Shown: positions 12,546 through 25,277 of the stretch, in pieces
How positions within the stretch are numbered: the first letter of the stretch is position 1
How the letters are laid out: every line of letters begins with the position of its first letter
Origin: Podarcis bocagei
Lineage: Eukaryota
Direction: 5' to 3' (one strand)
DNA: 64,000 nt
NCBI GenBank assembly: GCA_964188305.1
Contig: OZ076889.1
Translations under genes and position numbers: made by a program
Notes under the pieces: model-generated
What the model was told of the DNA's origin: nothing
What the model saw: only the letters and a program-made list of their open reading frames with translations
Databases searched by the model: none

Positions 12546-14766
12546 CAAGACCTTTACATTACATTATGTGATTCCTGAAGATGATGTAAGGGGGGGGAGA
12601 GAGGGAGAGAGACAAAGCCTTAAAAATATCACCAAGCTAGGAACAAATTTGGGCTGTGAAGAGACATGAACAAGAAATTTTATGAAAAACAATTAAGGTA
12701 GGGTTTTTCCTCAGGTGCTTTTTGACCCCCTCAGAAGCTAAACACAAAAATGTTTGCATGTCAATTTGGTATAATATTATTATGTATTAGTTAAAAGCAT
12801 GGTAAATATTCTATTGAAAAATATCAGTATTGCATGGAGTAGAAGTTTTTTTAAAAAATATTTTACATAGATTCTTGACTCCTCAAAAGCTACAGCAGCT
12901 TGTTCATCAAAAATGAATATATAATGAAAGGCAAAGATTATTGTAAAAACATACTCATATATTATGAATAATGGTGTTATGTAAATTGCCTTGAGCTTAA
13001 TGTTGCCTGTCTCAAGCTAGAAGAAATTCATGTGTTTTTAGAAGAAGGAAAAATATGTCTGTCTGTCTCTCTCTCTCTTTAATTCCTCTAAGTAGTTTGT
13101 TTTCATTTGTGAGGTCTAGAATCCTGTGGTATAGACAAGTTTGAAAGGAGCAGTGGGATCAAGTTCAAAGGGATAGAATAGGAATACAATGTTTCTATTG
13201 AGAACAGTGTTCTCTAGGGCATTGTAATTGGACATTTGTCCTATTTGGGTATTCAAACCTTCAAACAGTTCTCATTCTGTGAAAGGGAGAGTGGTGTAGC
13301 ACTTGCTAACTTCAGTCTCCTCCATTTCATCCCCAAAAGTCTGGCTTCACTGTCATTCACACATTTGGGGTCCAGATCTGACCATGGGAGCTTGCTGTGC
13401 AATTCTAAATCCTGATAGTACAGGGTTCTAAATCACACCGGGGGGGGGGGGGATGTATATAGTACACCCTAATCTTCAGATCTTCAGCCCCAGAATGTGG
13501 ACAGTGATTACCATTGGGAGCGTGAAGGTAGAGACAGAAAAGCGGTTGAGCTTTTTTTGGCAAAGTGGTTGAGCTTTTTAAAGTTTTGCGCACAGAAATT
13601 GGACGTTTTTCAGCTATTTCTTAGGGAAATCGGCAAAAACAATTTTCCTGGACATTTAGACAATTTCCACCCAGACACTGCTTGAGGCTGCAGTAATCTG
13701 GATATGTCCGGGAAATTCTGGATATATGGCAACCCTATTAAAGGCAAGGGTGAAGCTCACTCTCCTGGTCCATGGTGCCTGAAGGGGGTTATCGAATCTA
13801 GTAGATCAAAATTTAATACATCTAGTTCTGCAAACATGTCATTCTATGGTATTCTGTTGTCTTCAAAATGTGTGTGGAATGCACAGTTAAGTCAACTGTG
13901 TTGTCTGACTGTTGATTATTCACACAGGTGCCACATGGGTTTATGAGGCACCACAAAGTAAGATATGTAGAGTCCTTCATATGCTGTTGTCTAAATTTTC
14001 CATCACCCCTGGCTATTAACTCTGCTGTTTGGGGCTGATAGGATTTGTAGTGCATAACATGGAAGGTGCCTTGTTGTCCACATCAGGGCTAGTGCATGGT
14101 TAATTCACTATGAGTTCAGTATCTGCTTGATTGTACTTGATTGTTTCCCCTTTTTCCTACTGTACAACCCCATTGAAAAATTAATAAAACACATTTATGG
14201 GTGGTGGGGAGAAGCTCTACGCATGAATACAATGCACAACTTTTAATGCTGATCCAAACACCTCATGACTCACAAAGCCCAAGTGTCAAGAATTGTGACC
14301 TCCTGCCTGCTATCTGGCAACCTCTCTGCTTTTGCATTCCCAAGAAGGCAAGTAAACTGGAATTCTATTGAGACCTTGGTGAGTGGCCAGACATGGCTTT
14401 GGCCTGAAGGATTATAAATTGTGCAGGCCTGCCTGAACTAAATGATAGTCGTATGATTTAAAGCCATTTCCTTTCCAAAAGCTCTTCATCTATTGCTTCG
14501 GGGTCATGCCCTTGCAGTTCCCACCCTCTCTTCCAACTAAATGCGCTCAATTGGCCATGACCACAAGGTTCCAGCTATTACCCTGGTAATGTGGGGGAGA
14601 ACACATGTGGGGAAGAGACCACCTATCAGGGTCACCACTTATGCACCACCCAAAAAGAGGACAAAGTTTTGCTTAAAGTGGCATCTACTGATGTATAGGC
14701 AAAATCTGAATAGAAACAAAATACATCTCTTCATAGTGGGGAAGACCTGGTGATCAGGTGACCTGG

Positions 14767-15472
14767 TGTCAGGGACTGGCTGGATGAGGAAGAGTGGTGG
14801 GATCCACCTGCCCAAGAACCTCCCAAGGAGGGCACAGAAAATGACAGCTTAGATCCTGGATCCTGGTGGTGGGACACTGAAGAGCAGTCTACAGAAGGAA
14901 CAAGCTAGCAGGTGCTAGAACAGGCTTCCTCAACCTCAGCCCTCCAGATGTTTTTGGCCTACAACTCCCATGATCCCTAGCTAGCAGGACCAGTGGTCAG
15001 GGATGATGGGAATTGTAGTCTCAAAACATCTGGAGGGCCGAGGTTGAGGAAGCCTGTGCTAAAAGCAGGGGGTTTGAGCATTCAAAGGGGGGGGTTAGGA
15101 GAAGGAGGGTCTTCCAGGGTAGGGTTAGAGTCACAGACTCATACAGAGAGGAGACAGATGTTGGCCCTGCTACACAGCAAACAGGATAGTCCCAGTCCTA
15201 CTGACTCTCCTCCCACCCTAGCATCCCACTCAAGGAAGAGTCCTGCATGTTGCTGAGCAATGGGCCAGACAGGCCCAGAGGAGGAGCCCGCCCCCTCAAT
15301 GTAGCCTTCATCTCCTTGGGAGGGATCTAGAGTGAAGGGCTAGAGGAGGAAGGGCAGAGCTAGTGGCCAGTTTAAGCAATGTCTCAGCCGGATTAAGATG
15401 GACCAGAGCTAATTGCCTTCCATGCCTTCTGTGTGTGTGCCTGCCCTGTGGTTTGTTGACAGTTCCTTGACA
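14767..15472 (+). mobile_element. Same LTR-like family, with a nested MITE at 14921-15056
   Basis: Starts TGTCAGGGACTGGCTGGATGAGGAAGAGTGGTGG; probable end TTCCTTGACA. Confidence 0.55.
14921..15056. mobile_element. 136-bp hairpin hAT MITE
   Basis: TIR CAGGCTTCCTCAACCTC; TSD TGCTAGAA/TGCTAAAA. Confidence 0.88.
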
Positions 15473-16725
15473 CATGGATTCCTACTCCTGGTGCTAACGG
15501 TGGATGGGCAACTCCAAGACCCCCATCTCCTTTCCTAAGGTTCCTTATTTTTAAACTGGACTTGGACCAGACGGATGATGGTCCTCTCTAAAGTAAGATG
15601 CAGGGCCACCCTGAGTCCTGTGTTGGTTTGTTACTGTATGAAGGCACCCTGTGCAGATAGTGGGGAACAGCTCTGCGGCCAAGAAGGCAAGGCGAGCAGC
15701 AGTGAGGTCTGGTGAGAGGCCTTTGTATGCCTGATTGTGTCCCATTTTCATTAGAGGAAGACTTTCTAGAATCTGAAGAGAATAAGAAGTCAACGGAAGT
15801 TCAAATTTTATAGGGAATAACACTTCCCTTGTTATGGTTACAAAGGTTTGCATGGGGGAAAAGAAGCTGGAAGGGGCTTTTAAATTCATAACAATGGTCT
15901 ATTAGTCTGGTTGTTGTTGGTTTTTTAATAATTTTTCTTTGGCATGTAATCCTCTTTAATTAGATTCCACTCTGTTGTTTCAAGATTCCATAAACTGGAG
16001 TCTTTTCTACCAGCTGCTGAAGCAGGAGTTACTGTCTAAATGATATTCACAATGAGTATTTGGAAGGTTTACAATTATACCCTTGCTAATAAGTTGTGTT
16101 ATTTTCCCCAACAATTTTAAGAGCTAATCTTCAGAAGGCATTTTAAAATTAGCTAAAATTCTGTCGAGAGATTTACAAAAATGGTTAGCATGAAGATAAT
16201 TATGTCACAGTCCTTGGACTCCATCTCTGATTGTGTGCATAAATCAGAAAATGTCAGCTGTGTTTTCCCTTAATAATCATCCTTGCAGCAATATATTACA
16301 GTTTTAAATTTCTGTTATAATTTTGCTGTGGGTTTATAAAGCACTAGACAGTTGTTTCTAAAGTTTTCTGCTGATTAAATAATCCAAAGACTTCTCAAAA
16401 TAACAAGTGATTATTATGTCTAACATTCTAAATATCAATAAGCAAATCAATAAAGAGGAAAAAAGAGCACACTCCTTGTTGAATTATAAATCCTATTTGG
16501 AAGGCAACAATTGTGTTTTGGAGTACAAGTGAGATTTTAAGAGGATGGCTTTGTAAAGCTTACATTTTCACAAGCATATTCTAAACTTGAACGGCTTAGA
16601 GTGTTGCATCACTGAGACAGATGGCACCTTCTTGAAATTCAAATTAGGTGTTCAGAATGAAAGTTCTAGGTCCTCTGTTCTTCTAAAAGTTTGAACTGAA
16701 GAAGCCTATGTTGGGTGGCACTATG

Positions 16726-16957
16726 CAGTGGTACCTCGGGTTACAGACGCTTCAGGTTACAGACTCCGCTAACCCAGAAATAGTACCTCGGGTTAAGAAC
16801 TTTGCTTCAGGATGAGAACAGAAATCGCGCAGTGGTGGCGCGGCAGCGGCGGCAGTGGGAGGCCCCATTAGCTAAAGTGCTGCCTCAGGTTAAGAACAGT
16901 TTCAGGTTAAGAATGGACCTCCAGAACCAATTAAGTTCTTAACCTGAGGTACCACTG
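16726..16957 (+). mobile_element. Tc1/mariner MITE (CAGTGGTACCTC family)
   Basis: TIR CAGTGGTACCTC; same family as the copies at 17051, 32367 and 36072. Confidence 0.88.
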
Positions 16958-17050
16958 CATAAAGGATTGTTAGCATTCTTCACTGGTGCTTCATGCATCT
17001 CATTTGTGTGGCTTTAAAAATAGGATGCTGCCTTATCTCAAGTCAGACTA

Positions 17051-17292
17051 CAGTGGTACCTCAGGTTAAGTACTTAATTCGTTCCGGAGGTCCGTACTTA
17101 ACCTGAAACTGTTCTTAACCTGAAGCACCACTTTAGCTAATGGGGCGTCCTGCTGCTGCTGTGCCGCCAGAGCACAATTTCTCTTCTCATCCTGAAGCAA
17201 ATTTCTTAACCTGAAGCAGTATTTCTGGGTTAGCAGAGTCTGTAACCTGAAGCGTATGTAACCTGAAGCGTATGTAACCCGAGGTACCACTG
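17051..17292 (-). mobile_element. Tc1/mariner MITE, same family, opposite orientation
   Basis: TA|CAGTGGTACCTC...GAGGTACCACTG|TA. Confidence 0.9.
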
Positions 17293-18769
17293 TATTAGTT
17301 CACCTAGCCCAGAACTCTCTGAGTATGCCTGGCAACAGCTCTACTGGGTCTCAGGCAAACATTGGGTATCAGATGATGTGAAACTGGAACTACTAGGGCT
17401 GGACGATATCCAGTGCTGTTTTTCTAGAAAAATAGCTGCCAGAACTCACCATGAACACCTCCCTTGTTCTCTTAGAATGACAATGGCACCCACCTGAGAG
17501 GTGCTGGAACTGAATTCCAGCAAGTTCTGATTGGAAAACCCCTCTGGCAATATCTGGTTTTCAACATTCAACAATATCTAGTATTCAACATTGCAATATA
17601 CAGATATCTTCACCTTTGTATATCAGGGTAGGAAGTCAAATTTTTTTTGTAAACTCTGCCACCCTGCTCCCAACAGTTCTTAGGTTTTGCTTACTCCCAA
17701 AGATTAATCCAGTTTTATCCCATCCCAAAAGAAACAAAGAAGGTTGGGGGAGTTTGTTAGAACCAAACGGAGGAAAAAACCAGTTTCAAGAGAAGGCATA
17801 ATAGGAAACATGGTTTATTCAGAACCCAAAGTGGAAATTTTCAGTCTTCTCATGCACAAAGAAAAAGAAGGGAGTGTGAATCCAAGACTGGTTGTGGCTC
17901 ATACCCATTATGCCAACCCATGGTTTTGTGTTAGACCTGAACCCAAACTAAACACAGCCTAGACCCTGCTACTGAGTGCAAATAGGTGAATAAAGGAATA
18001 CAGTATTTAGATATTTGGTGGCAGTAGAGATTAAAGGAGTAAGAAAGCAGGTACCTTCAATAAGTGGCAGGGAACCTATCTAAAATAATAAAAAATGTTA
18101 GATTTTACAATTAGAAATAAAGCAGCAAACCACCACAATATGGAAAAAAGATACTTATCCAAAGCGATAATATTGCAAAATTAAGGAGCCACAGTAGAAT
18201 GAAGCACAAAACACAGCATATGTTTGTTCCTATCTGTGACCTTTGATCCTGGAACGGGAGCATGCATGGAGAAGTGTGAGCAAGATAGACTGGGGGGGGG
18301 GGTGGAAATTACAATTATAGCACAAATATATGTATGTCACTAGAAGTGAATGCATTCCAAGCCAGTGGAGCACAGCAGCTATCCCTAAACATGCAGAATA
18401 GATTTCATTTCTGAGATGATGCCCATACCTGGGTCAAACCACATTTATTTCCCCAGGAAACTGGGAATTGCTTGAAAGCCGATGTTCTGTGTGCTCAAGA
18501 ATGTTGACGATTATTTCCTGTTTTCAGATAGCTTTTTACATACTGTACAGCAAATGGTTTTATAGCTACATGTTTAACTTGCAGTTAAGCCCAGAAACTG
18601 AATGCCCATCACACTGGTGCTGTTAATTAGGTTCTGGATTAGAACTAAATTAATTGATGTAAACGGCTTGAAGATGTATTCAGATTATTTTATTTATTTA
18701 AAGATTTAGACCCCACTTTTTCATTTCTAAAATGAAAGTGCTTAAGGTGGCTTACATAAGATTAATATA

Positions 18770-18938
18770 CAGTGGCGTAGCGTGGGGGGTGCAGGGGGGA
18801 CCTGCCGCACCGGGCGCAACATCTGGGGGTTAGGGTTAGGGGGCGCAAATCCATGGGTTAGGGGGCGCAAATCCACGGGTTAGGGGGCGCAAATTACTTG
18901 CCTTGCCCCGGGTGCTGACAACCCACACTACGCCACTG
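18770..18938. mobile_element. hAT MITE with TTAGGG-containing internal repeats
   Basis: TIR CAGTGGCGTAG; perfect 8-bp TSD TTAATATA. Confidence 0.88.
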
Positions 18939-19620
18939 TTAATATATAAAAAGAAAAAAAAGAAAATACAGCAGCATTCAAATTTATAATTAAAATATAT
19001 ACAAAAAGGCAGCTGGTGAGAATCTTGTGGAGAATACAGTAGTCAAAAGGAGAAATTTTATTGAAAAGCAGATACATCTAGAGCTCTTTGGAAGAGTTAA
19101 GGTCTTCAGTCGATGGTGAGATGCCAAAAAAAAAAAAGGACAAATGAATTTCCCTCCTTCTGAACATCACAAAAGCAAGAGGCTTCTCATATGTCCCACC
19201 AGCCATACCTCAGAAAGATGCCAAACACAAAAAGGGCTTTCTTTCAACAGGAGGGGCATGTACACTGGGTGGAAGAGGTGGTCCTTTAAGTTTGGTTTGT
19301 CAGCTAGATGATGGCATATCCAGTGACGGAGGAACCCTCTCTGGTGCCCCGTGCGGGGCATTCCTGTACGGACTGCTCATGTGCTGCAGCCTGTACGGAG
19401 TGCTCATGCGCAGCGACCATACGGGATGCAGCACATGCTCAGTCCCTATGGGATGCCACACATGCACACTCTGTTCGGGCTGCCGCGTGAGCCCTCAGCC
19501 ACTTTACAGCTGGGGGGAGGCAGGGGCCATCTTGTCACCCCCCCCCCTGAGTGGCACCCGGGGCGGACCGCCCCCTCCACCTCCCCACTTCATACGCCCC
19601 TAGGTATATCACCCACCCTT

Positions 19621-19971
19621 AAAGGTAAAGGGACCCCTGACCATTAGGTCCAGTCGTGGCCGACTCTGGGGTTGTGGCGCTCATCTTGCTTTATTGGCTG
19701 AAGAAGCCAGCGTATGGCTTCCAGGTCATGTGGCCAGCATGACTAAGCCGCTTCTGGCGAATCAGAGCAGTGCACGAAAACGGCATTTACCTTAACGCTG
19801 GAGTGGTACCTATTTATCTACTTGCACTTTGACGTGCTTTCGAACTGCTAGGTTGGCAGGGGCAGGGACCGAGCAATGGGAGCTCACCCCGTCGCGGGGA
19901 TTCAAACCGCCGACCTTCCAATTGGCAAGCCCTAGCCTCTGTGGTTTAACCCACAGCATCACCTGCGTCCC
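19621..19971 (-). mobile_element. Sauria SINE
   Basis: Same family; TSD ~CACCCAC(C/T)CTTA. Confidence 0.92.
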
Positions 19972-21553
19972 TTTACACCCACTCTTAGGGAAGAATTAAT
20001 CACAATCTTAATGCACTGGGCCAGTCCATCTCCGGCAGCCTTAATTAGCCAGAATGGACATAGCCAGCTTCAGGCAGCCCAAGTCGAAAAAAGACCCATC
20101 GCAACAGGAGACAGACAGATGCCCAGAATGCATCAGTTGGTGCCACCAATGTGGAGTCAAAGTAAGAGCAGATGTAAATGACTTTGTACACAAAGCATCT
20201 TACACACTGGTCTCAGCAGGCCACCAAGAAAGCCATCACCCCCCTCTGAGGGCCCTGATGTAAATTCCTCTGTTTATCCTTGTTTGCTGAAATAATTTAT
20301 GAAGCACCCAGGAAACCTTCCCAGAAATCTGATCTCCGTACTTTGAAGGCTTACGACTAAATAACACTAGTAAATGAAACCTCTGCTTAGCACGGTATTT
20401 GCTCCCAGAATGATGTGTTTTCTAACAAAAGCTACCTTTATCAAAAGAGAGAGAGAGAATGATATTGATTTTGGTGTGTGATTAACATTTTGTGTTCTAT
20501 TTTTGACAAAACTCTGGGCAGCTTGTTAGAACTGTGGTATATAAAGAATGGGGGCCTGGTTTCAGAGGTCAACACTATTAGACATTTCCCAGTTACCTGA
20601 ACCTCCGGGGTGGCCCAGGACTGAATCTGCCACTGTCTCAAAGTGGCAGCTATGCTGCCATTAGCACCCAATACTGATGGTCCTTTCATTTCTGGTTTTT
20701 TGTTGCTCTGGGCTGAAGCCCAGGTGCCTATGCTTGCACCTGCCATTCTAAACCTCCCAAACAGCGCTGCTTCCAGGACACTTGTACAACGTAACTCCAG
20801 TTTAATGCTACATTGGGCCGTGGAGGAATTGTTGGGGAATTAAAATGGCGGGTGCCAGTAGTACAACTTGACAGTTAGAACACTTTTTGTTGTCATTGTG
20901 CCAACCTGCTGCTGTAAAGGGTAAAGAGAGAGGAGGACTAACATGTCAGCTGAAATCAACCCACCGAAGGTAGTGAAGGTGCTATTGGATGGTATTCATT
21001 TCTAGTCCTACTCAAAGTAAACCCATTGAAATTAACAGCATGACTCGGGCCTATTAATTGGTTTGGTTTCTGGAACACTTAGTTGGAGACAACCCATGAT
21101 ACCAGGCACTAGAATAATGCAGACGTATATTGGAACAGCCAAAGCTGAAATGTGTGAAGAGTGCTACTACTGCTAGATCAGGGTTGTTGTTGTTAAAAAG
21201 TTGTCCTGCAGTTTTAACACCACAGTGCCATATTGGTTCATTACAGCAAAACTTCATACAACTAGTAAAATAATGTTGTCATTAAGACAAACTACGTTCC
21301 CTAAACATTAGAAGAGCCTGCAGAATCAGGCCAATGATTCATCTAGTGCAACGTCCTGTTCTCACAGTGGCCAACAAGATGCCCATGGGAAATCTTAGTT
21401 TAAGGGAACACAGCAGCCTTCTCACCCTCCAGCAATGAGTAAAGGCAGGCATATTGCCTCTGTGCACACAGCAGGGGTGCCGGCTCCTAGGGGCTGAGCC
21501 TTTTTGGGCTCCCCTTTATTTTTAGGGTAGGGGTAGGCCCCTGCTATGACTAT

Positions 21554-21897
21554 GGGACGCGGGTGGCGCTGTGAGTTAAACCACAAAGCCTAGGACTTGC
21601 TGATCAGAAGGTCGGTGGTTCGAATCCCCGTGACGGGGTGAGCTCCCATTGCTCATTCCCTGCTCCTGCCAACCTAGCAGTTCGAAAGCATGCCAAAGTG
21701 CAAGTAGATAAATAGGTACTGCTCTGGCGGGAAGGTAAATGGTATTTCCGTGTGCTGCTCTGGTTCGCCAGAAGCTGGCTCCATGACCCGGAAGCTGTAG
21801 GGTGGGTCCCTCGGCCAATAAAGCGAGATGAGCGCCACAACCCCAGAGTTGGTCACGACTGGACCTAATGGTCAGGGGTCCCTTTACCTTTACCTTT
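21554..21897 (+). mobile_element. Sauria SINE
   Basis: Same family; TSD CCCTGCTATG. Confidence 0.92.
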
Positions 21898-23501
21898 TAG
21901 TCCCCTGCTATGCCTCCAAAGTGTGGAGCCAAAGAGTGGAGCCGAGCGCAATGTGCCTCCAGTGACCGGCTCCTCCTCCTTTTCCTCCTCTTCTTCCTTC
22001 CACAGAGGGGAAGGAGGGGCGAAGCAGCAAAGAGGAGGTGCTGCCGACAATTAAGTTGTATGGCCACCCTGTTTGGCTCCTCCTGACATCGTGCACTCAA
22101 CGTTGATTCCCCCCACCATCACTTTCGCAAGCTAGTGCCTCTGGCACATAGCCATCATGGCTAGTCCTTATTTCATTAGAACTAATCAGCACCAAGCTTC
22201 CAGCGTGTAAAAGAATGCACCCCCAATCTGGATGTCAGTGGGTCAAAATATTACTCAGGCCCTTTTATCACATTACCTTTGAAGAACTGGAAAGGCAATG
22301 CCAGAAGTCTTGGAGCCCATGCAGCTGTTGTGGCTGTTTTCCACACTCAACATTGGCTTTTAGGGAAGGACGTACAATACTGATGGATGACTGGAGCAGC
22401 TGCAATGTGCAGCGCAACTCCCACCGCCCCGGTGCCATGAAACGAAAGTGTGTGTGTTTGTGTTTCTCTCTCTCTGTGTGTAAAGGGTAATGTGAGATGG
22501 TGTTAATACTTCATCTGCAGTTAAGATGGTAATGTAAGAAGCTCCTGCAGGGTTAATGAGCTTAGAACTGTGCCTTGTGTTTTTAAGATCTTGGATTACA
22601 CAGGAGTATGTGGAGAGACAAACAAGAAATGATAATGGCTCTCTTTGAAAAATGGCCGGTCATTAGCTGAGTCACTCTCTTGCACTGGCTGGAATTCACA
22701 AGCCTTTTTGCAAGGCGGGGCGGGGGCAGAGGTAAAGGAAAATGTGGTATCCCTGTATACTAGCAAGGCTGGCGATGAATTCTGTTGCTTACCTTAGTTA
22801 CAGATTTAGTGGAATCCAAACTGGGTTCTGGGTGTTCTTTTCTCCTTAGGCATTTCTCTCTAAGTGATAGCTGATCTATGGGGGCCATTGTCACCAGCAC
22901 CGTAGCTCAAGCTTTTGCATTTTTGGCTTTCAAAACTTCATCAAGTTGTGGTGAACTTAAAGAAGAGCTTTCTTATAGGGCAACCCCCCCCCCCCTTACC
23001 ATTTACATGTGTTTAATATGTGTGCAACTGCGCACATGCTCAACTGTGCCCATGTGCATTGTGCCGAACCCGGAAGTGACCTGAAAATGTCACAAAAAGG
23101 GGTGGAATGGGGTGGGGCTGGAAATGGGGTGTTTGCAAGCTTTTTCAAAGGAGTTTCAATTATACCTGATTTCACTTGAATGCACAGTGCCTTGGAACGT
23201 AACCACTGCGTCAATGGGGGGTTGCCTGTATTTGACACAGCTCTTTAAGAAGAAGACATGACTTCATAAAGGAAGATGCATCTGGCAACCAGCAGTTGGC
23301 CTTCCTGATGTGGGTTGAGGGGGTTGTAGTGCCTCAAAATCTGGGAGAGCACTGCAGGGGTGCAATTTGGTAATATGGTACCCTGAGTGAAGACACATTT
23401 TTGTGCCTTTCCCCCAATATTTCTTAGTTTCACAATGATTTCTTTTGGTACAGTTGGGGTTTTAAGGATCTTCTCAGTAGACACCCATATAAATATGGGC
23501 T

Positions 23502-23554
<53 letters not shown>
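23502..23554. repeat. (GTT)n microsatellite
   Basis: Seen directly. Confidence 0.95.
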
Positions 23555-23847
23555 ATCATTATTTTGCACCCCTTTGACTCAGCACGGTGTGCATGGGGAC
23601 TGCTCACACCATCCAAAATGGTGGCCAATGACTTTCTTGTCCCTGCTGCTGAACCACTGGGAATGATTGCTACAGATGTACATCAGTCCATGTGGACATA
23701 CAACATTTTTATCTATTTAATATGTTTTAGTGTGCTTTTTACTGGCACTCCCCCCCCCCCCGTTAAAAGTGTGGCACTTACTGTAACAACTTCATAGTAA
23801 ATACTGACACCTTTTTTCTTTTTTATAAAAAGCACTGCATTTTAATA

Positions 23848-24054
23848 CAGTCATACCTTGGGTTACAAGACGCTTCAGGTTGTGTTTTTTCGGGTTACGG
23901 AATGGGTAGCTTCTGGGTTTCAGCGGTCGCGCATGTGCAGAAGTGCTGAATCGCAACTCATGCATGCGCAGAGACGGCACTGCAGGTTGTGAACACTGCA
24001 GGTTGCAAATGTGCCTCCTGCATGGAATCACGTTCACAACCTGAGTGTCCACTG
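23848..24054. mobile_element. Tc1/mariner MITE
   Basis: TA|CAGTCATACC...CCACTG|TA. Confidence 0.75.
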
Positions 24055-25217
24055 TACTGTCTTTTGGCTCTAGCAAGGTTTCAGAAGAGCCAAATCTCAA
24101 AACAGAAGGATTAAAAGCAAAAATAAAACAGTTCAAACTAAAAAATAACATTTGACTCCAACAGTGGACAACTAGACACATGTGCCTATGGTAGCTAATT
24201 GGGTGTATGCTGTGTTTTTGTATGAAAAAATAAGATATTTCTATAAATTTAACTCATTTCTTGTGAAATGATCTTTCTTAAATTCCCAATCTCCCCACCA
24301 AACCCAATTTCAGCATTGCATTCTCTGTCCTAGGCAAACGGACCACAACTTTTAGTGACTTTTCTCTCTGACACCCCCAACATTTACTTCTCACTTTGTA
24401 ACTGTTTCTCTGTTGTATTTGCTTTGCTATCATAAACCTCTCGGAGTTGTGTGGTTTGGTATCATACAGCATTACAGAACTGTTAAGAGAGATAAGATAT
24501 AAATACCGTATAATTATTCCACCACAGTTGAAACTTTTAGACCTTATCAAGACCCACAGGAAATAACTTGGCAGAAAGCCACCAAAACGTCCCCCTCCGC
24601 CTGTGTTTTCATTTTCTACTTTAATTGCTGTTAAAAACTGGGAATTAATTACTTTTTATCTCCTTGTCTTGGAAGTGTCATAGGGCCAAGTTAGGCATGG
24701 TGATGAATGTGTGGCTTGCTGTTGAAACACCCCACCCTTTCCCTAGTAACCTACCTGTGGATTGGCATCACATCACAGACTGGTCTATCACAAAGGAATG
24801 GTGGGAGGAACCAACTGGGGAACCCCCAAGGGAAGAAGGCTGAGAGCGTGGGGATTGGTGGTGGGACAATGTTGAGTGGTCAGAGGGAGAAGACTGGGAG
24901 GAGGTGTCAGAACCTGAAGAGGTAACAGCTTAGTGAGCAGGGGGAATCTGCGGCAGAGATCAGAAGTCCAGAATCAGAGACAGAGGCTAAAGCAGGAGAA
25001 GAGGGAGGCCAAGAGGCAGAGATGAGTCCACAAGGTGTCTCCTCATCCTGCTGTGACAAACGCCCCTCTCCCTAGTCTCCCAGAACCAGGAGCGGCATGA
25101 AGAGGCAGAGGAGAAGTTAGCTTCACACAGGCACAGTCTCAGTTTGCTTAGGAAAAACTCTGGAGGGGAGAGGACTTAGCCAGCTGTGTACAGTATCAGA
25201 ATCCTATATACATACGA

Positions 25218-25277
25218 GTGCTACTGGACAATTTATTTCGACTGCATCAGACCAACACGGCTACCTACCTGAATCTA
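25218..25277 (+). mobile_element. Short 3'-terminal stub of a related PLE pLTR
   Basis: GTGCTACTGGA...CAGACCAACACGGCTACCTAC matches the reverse complement of ~41615-41671. Confidence 0.7.
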
